DNA from: a virus
Taxonomy: Duplodnaviria; Caudoviricetes
Strand: one strand, 5' to 3'
Length of the DNA stretch: 57,769 bases
IMG/VR virus record: IMGVR_UViG_3300006754_000018
Coordinates: 1 to 57,769 of that record
Made by a program: the position numbers and the translations under genes. The notes under the pieces were generated by a model that saw only the letters and a program-made list of their open reading frames with translations, had not been told where the DNA came from and searched no databases. Shown piece by piece: positions 53,674 to 57,769 of the stretch (positions are counted from its first letter, which is position 1; every line of letters starts with the position of its first letter).

Positions 53674-54201
53674 TTAAATTACCCGATGTTCTTTAAGGTA
53701 TCTAATAGCTTTCTGGGCATCACCAATGTGTTTTCCAGCTAACTCTACCTGTGGAAAGGATTTTGAATTTGGGAACTTCGTCTCAAACTCTTCTTCAGTA
53801 TAATCAACGCCAACTAACAAATATTCATAATCTTTTCCTACCATATCAAAAACCATTTGAAGTTTAGTACAAACGGCACATCCTTCTTTCCCATAAATTG
53901 TAAACATAGTTCTATTGCGTTCTGGTATAGGTTCAACGACTTCAACAGTTTCCCATTGATGTCTATAGACGATTAATCCCGTCAAAGTTTCTTCACTAAT
54001 ACAAACGGTAAAATACTCAGGCAATAAGCAAAGTATTCTACCTTCAGTATAAGATCCACCACAGTCAGGAACTCGTACTACTGTGTCGTGTCTGACTTTT
54101 TTGGTCTTCGCAGAATCTAAGAAAACTACTTTCGAGTCCTTCGGTTGTCTTGTTGCCCTGCGATACCCAGACATGGCAGAATTCGTAGACGGATCGTACA
54201 T
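53674..54201 (-). CDS. Glutaredoxin (NrdC-like) with N-terminal extension; internal start at 53907 possible
   Basis: IYGKEGCAVC...SFPQV...IGD. Confidence 0.8.
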   Translation of the reverse strand: MYDPSTNSAMSGYRRATRQPKDSKVVFLDSAKTKKVRHDTVVRVPDCGGSYTEGRILCLLPEYFTVCISEETLTGLIVYRHQWETVEVVEPIPERNRTMFTIYGKEGCAVCTKLQMVFDMVGKDYEYLLVGVDYTEEEFETKFPNSKSFPQVELAGKHIGDAQKAIRYLKEHRVI

Positions 54202-54349
54202 AATCTAAGGTAAGGTAGGGTTTAAGAGTCAAAAACGATTCCTGACGTAATAACATACGTTCGTCACTATATCTCCAATCTTCACAAGTCATCTTCTTCT
54301 CGAGCCTTGATAAATTGATCCATGTGATCAATGAGTTGATCCGCATCAA
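54065..54349 (-). CDS. Hypothetical protein (likely start MTCEDW)
   Basis: DWRYSDERM...YEFCH.WVSQG motif. Confidence 0.65.
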   Translation of the reverse strand: MMRINSLITWINLSRLEKKMTCEDWRYSDERMLLRQESFLTLKPYLTLDYVRSVYEFCHVWVSQGNKTTEGLESSFLRFCEDQKSQTRHSSTSS

Positions 54350-54503
54350 TTAAATTATTAATACTCGAAACCATCTGAGCGATTTCTCTTGCTACAAATG
54401 CCCTTTCGGACCTAGCAGCAAATGCAAGTGCGTTTCTTAAACATTCTTCCGCATCTTTCAATGATTCCTCTACTTGAGTTGAGAGTGACATTTTAACCTC
54501 CAA
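54282..54503 (-). CDS. Hypothetical protein
   Basis: LS.QVEESL..A...LRNALAFAAR.E. Confidence 0.75.
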   Translation of the reverse strand: MEVKMSLSTQVEESLKDAEECLRNALAFAARSERAFVAREIAQMVSSINNLIDADQLIDHMDQFIKAREEDDL

Positions 54504-55170
54504 CGGTATCTATTTGAGTTAGATTATCAGAAATAGAATTCCAATCATCTTGAAATAACTGCAAACCCTTCTCTGTAAGAATATGATTATACATCTTATC
54601 AAAGATTGTTGCAGGCATTGTTACAACTTCCGCTCCAACCCTAAAGGTATCGGAAACACTCCTAACGTCCCTCACAGAGGCACCCAGAATGTTGGTTCTA
54701 ACAAGGTGTTCTTTGTATATATCAGAGATGCTCTTTACTAAATCTAACCCACTAAATGAATTGTCATCCACCCTACCTAAGAATGGTGAAACGTAGGTGG
54801 CATCTGCCTTTGCAGCAAGAATTGCCTGTGCTGCAGAGAATACTAAAGTTACATTAGTAGTAAATCCCTCCCCAACAAGAGCCTTACAAGCTTTGAGTCC
54901 TTCGACTGTACAAGGAACCTTAATAGTTACATTAGACATTCCCTTGAATACTTGTGCCTGATCAATCATATCAGGAGCCGTATCTGCGACTACCTCAGCA
55001 GAAATAGACTCAAAGTGTGGAAACTGATTAGATATCTCTCTAACCACCTCCACTGGATCTCCACCACTTTTACGTATAAGTGTGGGGTTTGTTGTCACAC
55101 CATCAATAAGACCCGTAGAGTCACGACTGGCGATCTCTGCAATGTGGGCGGTGTCCAAAAAGATTTTCAT
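54493..55170 (-). CDS. talC: Transaldolase (TalC/FSA type)
   Basis: MKIFLDTA, GVTTNPTL, IKVP.T.EGL, NVTLVFS, YVSPFLGR. Confidence 0.97.
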   Translation of the reverse strand: MKIFLDTAHIAEIASRDSTGLIDGVTTNPTLIRKSGGDPVEVVREISNQFPHFESISAEVVADTAPDMIDQAQVFKGMSNVTIKVPCTVEGLKACKALVGEGFTTNVTLVFSAAQAILAAKADATYVSPFLGRVDDNSFSGLDLVKSISDIYKEHLVRTNILGASVRDVRSVSDTFRVGAEVVTMPATIFDKMYNHILTEKGLQLFQDDWNSISDNLTQIDTVGG

Positions 55171-55445
55171 AATTAATCTGGTTTCTTGATTTTTTTGTTT
55201 TGTCTTTTAATCAACTTTGCATATTTTACATCAGAATCTGTATAATATTCTGGATGTTTCTTTGCGATTTTAATCAGTCTCTTTGCTGTCTTTCTAAGAT
55301 CTTTTCTAGTCTCGTCCGTTGCCAATACGTATCCTCCCTGTTATGAACCTTAATATTTAACATTTCGGATAGGTTGAAATACTCTCTAGGAGTATCAGGC
55401 ATGGATTCTCTAAGTTTCTGAACTAATAACAATTGTCTTTCTAGT

Positions 55446-55649
55446 TTAGACATTTGATCTCCGTAATGTATGTAAATACCTCAAAACATCTTCTCTTATT
55501 TCTAATAACTCATTATAACACTTTTGGTTATGAGCACAAGCACGAAGTCTATTATCGGGTTTATGAACTGATTCAATAAAGATATCAAGTCCCCGATTAT
55601 ACTTCTCCGACTTAGTTTCCGTATCTACATCTATAGAGTTTTGATCCAT
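55446..55649 (-). CDS. Conserved cyanophage hypothetical protein
   Basis: RGLDIFIESV.KPD..LR.CAHNQKCYNEL. Confidence 0.75.
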   Translation of the reverse strand: MDQNSIDVDTETKSEKYNRGLDIFIESVHKPDNRLRACAHNQKCYNELLEIREDVLRYLHTLRRSNV

Positions 55650-55650
55650 T

Positions 55651-55920
55651 TTAATTATCGAATTTGTTTGTACCAGTGACCATTTTGATCTTTTCGATCT
55701 CCATCCACTGATTTTCGACTTCTCCTGCTATATACATGACTTTCTGATCCGTAATATCCCTCTGTTCCAACAAATAAGCTATAGTGTCGGCTAGAGATTG
55801 TCTATTACCCTCACCATCTTTAAGATAGATTGAGTAAGTAGTACGAAATTTCCTAACTAGATGTATTCTTAATACAACATATAGTATTAAGTTACTAATT
55901 AGGATCAATAAGAAAGTCAT
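55651..55920 (-). CDS. Hypothetical membrane-anchored protein
   Basis: N-terminal TM, coupled to ho1. Confidence 0.65.
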   Translation of the reverse strand: MTFLLILISNLILYVVLRIHLVRKFRTTYSIYLKDGEGNRQSLADTIAYLLEQRDITDQKVMYIAGEVENQWMEIEKIKMVTGTNKFDN

Positions 55921-56639
55921 CTATATCTCTCAGATACAGTCATTTCCCTAACAAAATCCCTAAAAAAACTTTTAAGAATTAGGAAAAGACCTTTCACTGC
56001 ATTACCTTGAATCTCATCAAACAAATGCATGTTCAACCTAAAAGCAAAGTTAGCTTCGGTAACAATAGCATTTGCCTGTGACTCATCAATTGGTAAATTA
56101 TCCAGAGCAGAACGATACTTGGTCTTAAAAGATTTCTTGTCTGGGATAGTTGGAAACTCATAAAAGTCCAATCCACCATCATCAAGAACTAAAACCCTTT
56201 CTGCAATGCCCTTAAGAATCTGACCGCCAGATAGATCTCCAAGATACCTAGTGTAATGATGACCCACAAGAAGATATGGTGTATCATGTGCTACTTCTTT
56301 GATTCGATTAACATAGTTCTGAGTAGCCTCAGAAGGATAAATGTTCTCTCTCCAATCAGCGCCCCAAAAATACTCACAATCTTTAACAAGTGCATCATGA
56401 CGTTTTAAGTCCTCAAATGCAAGAGGTCCTATTGTTGGATCCTCTTCCTTTAACCTATCAATCTCAGTTTCTAACGCATGATATACGAAATAGAAATTTG
56501 CAATTAATTGACGGTAACTATCTTTATCAAGAACACCTTTAAGAAAACCCTTAATGAATTTAGTGTTTTCAGCTGCGCTATGTGATTCTTTAGTACCGTC
56601 TTTTAATCTTTTTGCAAAATCAGTTACTGCCATATCCAT
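55917..56639 (-). CDS. ho1: Heme oxygenase
   Basis: GTKESHSAAEN, HHYTRYLGDLSGGQIL, EAN.AF.LN. Confidence 0.97.
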   Translation of the reverse strand: MDMAVTDFAKRLKDGTKESHSAAENTKFIKGFLKGVLDKDSYRQLIANFYFVYHALETEIDRLKEEDPTIGPLAFEDLKRHDALVKDCEYFWGADWRENIYPSEATQNYVNRIKEVAHDTPYLLVGHHYTRYLGDLSGGQILKGIAERVLVLDDGGLDFYEFPTIPDKKSFKTKYRSALDNLPIDESQANAIVTEANFAFRLNMHLFDEIQGNAVKGLFLILKSFFRDFVREMTVSERYR

Positions 56640-56654
56640 TAAGGAATAATGTTA

Positions 56655-56897
56655 TTATTGTACATCAAAATCATCAGTTTGTAAAGCTGGGAAAAAGTGA
56701 TATTCATTATCCCACCTCAATCCTGAGTTGTTTAATTCGTGTTTCGTAACATTCTCGCCCTTCCAATTCTCTAAGGTTTCAAGAATGTCTGTTAGTTTAT
56801 GTAATTTTTTTGTTGTGTCATCATTGGATGAATACCCAAGTGCTTTCCGTAAATGCTTCTGGGCTTCATCAAGATGAAATTTTGATACTGTGTTCAT
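56655..56897 (-). CDS. Hypothetical protein
   Basis: ORF track. Confidence 0.65.
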   Translation of the reverse strand: MNTVSKFHLDEAQKHLRKALGYSSNDDTTKKLHKLTDILETLENWKGENVTKHELNNSGLRWDNEYHFFPALQTDDFDVQ

Positions 56898-57336
56898 ATT
56901 CTCCTAAGTAATCTACAAATAGAATGCCATCCAAATGATCAATCTCATGTTGAACTACCCTTGCAGGTAGATCTTTAAGTTTCCAATGTTTGAACTTTCC
57001 AGATCTGTCTTGAAATTTAACTCTGATCTCTTTGGGTCTTGAAACTTCCCCATGTTCATCAGGAACACTCAAACAAGCCTCATCAAATAAACATTCCTCT
57101 TTACTCTTCCAAGTTATCCTTGGATTAATCATCATATAAGCTTCTCCTTCCTGATCAATAGTGATAACTCTTTTGTTAATCCCTATTTGTGGAGCAGCTA
57201 AACCAATGCCTTCATATTTATACATGGCATCGGACATTTTATCATATAATTGGTTAATAGTATCGTCCACTACAGGAATCTCAGTGGATACTACTCTAAG
57301 AACTTCATCTCCTATTATTCTAATTTCATCTGTCAT
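56869..57336 (-). CDS. def: Peptide deformylase
   Basis: GIGLAAPQIG, EACLS, QHEIDHLDG. Confidence 0.97.
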   Translation of the reverse strand: MTDEIRIIGDEVLRVVSTEIPVVDDTINQLYDKMSDAMYKYEGIGLAAPQIGINKRVITIDQEGEAYMMINPRITWKSKEECLFDEACLSVPDEHGEVSRPKEIRVKFQDRSGKFKHWKLKDLPARVVQHEIDHLDGILFVDYLGEYEHSIKISS

Positions 57337-57677
57337 CTTCTACCTATAACTACATCCCCACCACCATCATCTTCATCATCTTCTTCATCATCCCAAGGAT
57401 CTTCTACTTGACCACTATTCATACGATCCTGTAGGGATTTGTATAGTGGATCTTGAGGTTCTGTTGTTGGTGTTGGTCTATTAAAATTGACAACTAAAAG
57501 TTCATCTCCAGTCTTAACCTCTGCCATTTCTGGATGGGGTGGTTTAGTAACCGTTCTCTTCTCCTCAGTCAATACCTTATTAAGATGAGTATCATCAGCT
57601 GCTACCCACCCCTTAGACATCAACCTTACTGCAAATACAAATAGTATTACCCAAGTTAATATAAAAATTACCGTCAT
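57333..57677 (-). CDS. DUF2973-like membrane protein
   Basis: N-terminal TM; HPEM...GDELLVVNF; acidic tail. Confidence 0.75.
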   Translation of the reverse strand: MTVIFILTWVILFVFAVRLMSKGWVAADDTHLNKVLTEEKRTVTKPPHPEMAEVKTGDELLVVNFNRPTPTTEPQDPLYKSLQDRMNSGQVEDPWDDEEDDEDDGGGDVVIGRR

Positions 57678-57769
57678 TTATCCTCCTCTGCGGGATGATT
57701 AAGAATGTAGAACCACACAACAAACAATATGATGATAACAAACATCCTAATTGAACTTGGTGAGGTATC

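Noticed and set aside
391-57349. Many short plus-strand and nested ORFs in the track (e.g. 391..606, 4216..4491, 20547..20858, 35159..35560, 53037..53324)
   Set aside because: Antisense or off-frame shadows of well-supported genes

Overview
A 57.8-kb, AT-rich segment of a T4-like marine cyanomyophage genome (Kyanoviridae-type; host probably Prochlorococcus/Synechococcus). Almost all genes are on the minus strand. (i) 1-13.4 kb is an early region of small hypothetical ORFs arranged as cassettes. Twelve cassettes carry a 22-bp palindrome at a fixed distance upstream of a -10 box, and several have a terminator hairpin nested inside the promoter. The non-coding stretch at ~0.9-1.6 kb has divergent sigma70 promoters and a cluster of cyanobacterial-type DnaA boxes (candidate origin). 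(ii) 13.4-30 kb holds a 2325-aa tail-fibre protein with an S74 chaperone, a plus-strand Gly-rich adhesin-like gene, about nine 2OG-Fe(II) oxygenase-fold genes and a circularly permuted (two-piece) tmRNA gene with an unusually long tag. (iii) 30-48 kb is the T4 baseplate/head module (gp5 with an Ig-like insert, cp12, gp51, gp26 with an in-frame hairpin insertion flanked by a 10-bp duplication, gp54-like, gp4, gp2, gp48, gp53) plus gp32. (iv) 48-57.8 kb holds gp33, an exonuclease, phoH, thyX, glutaredoxin, talC, ho1 and def. Across the window, CCWGG appears only in a GCCWGG/CCWGGC context. All calls come from reading motifs by eye; no searches or folding programs were run.
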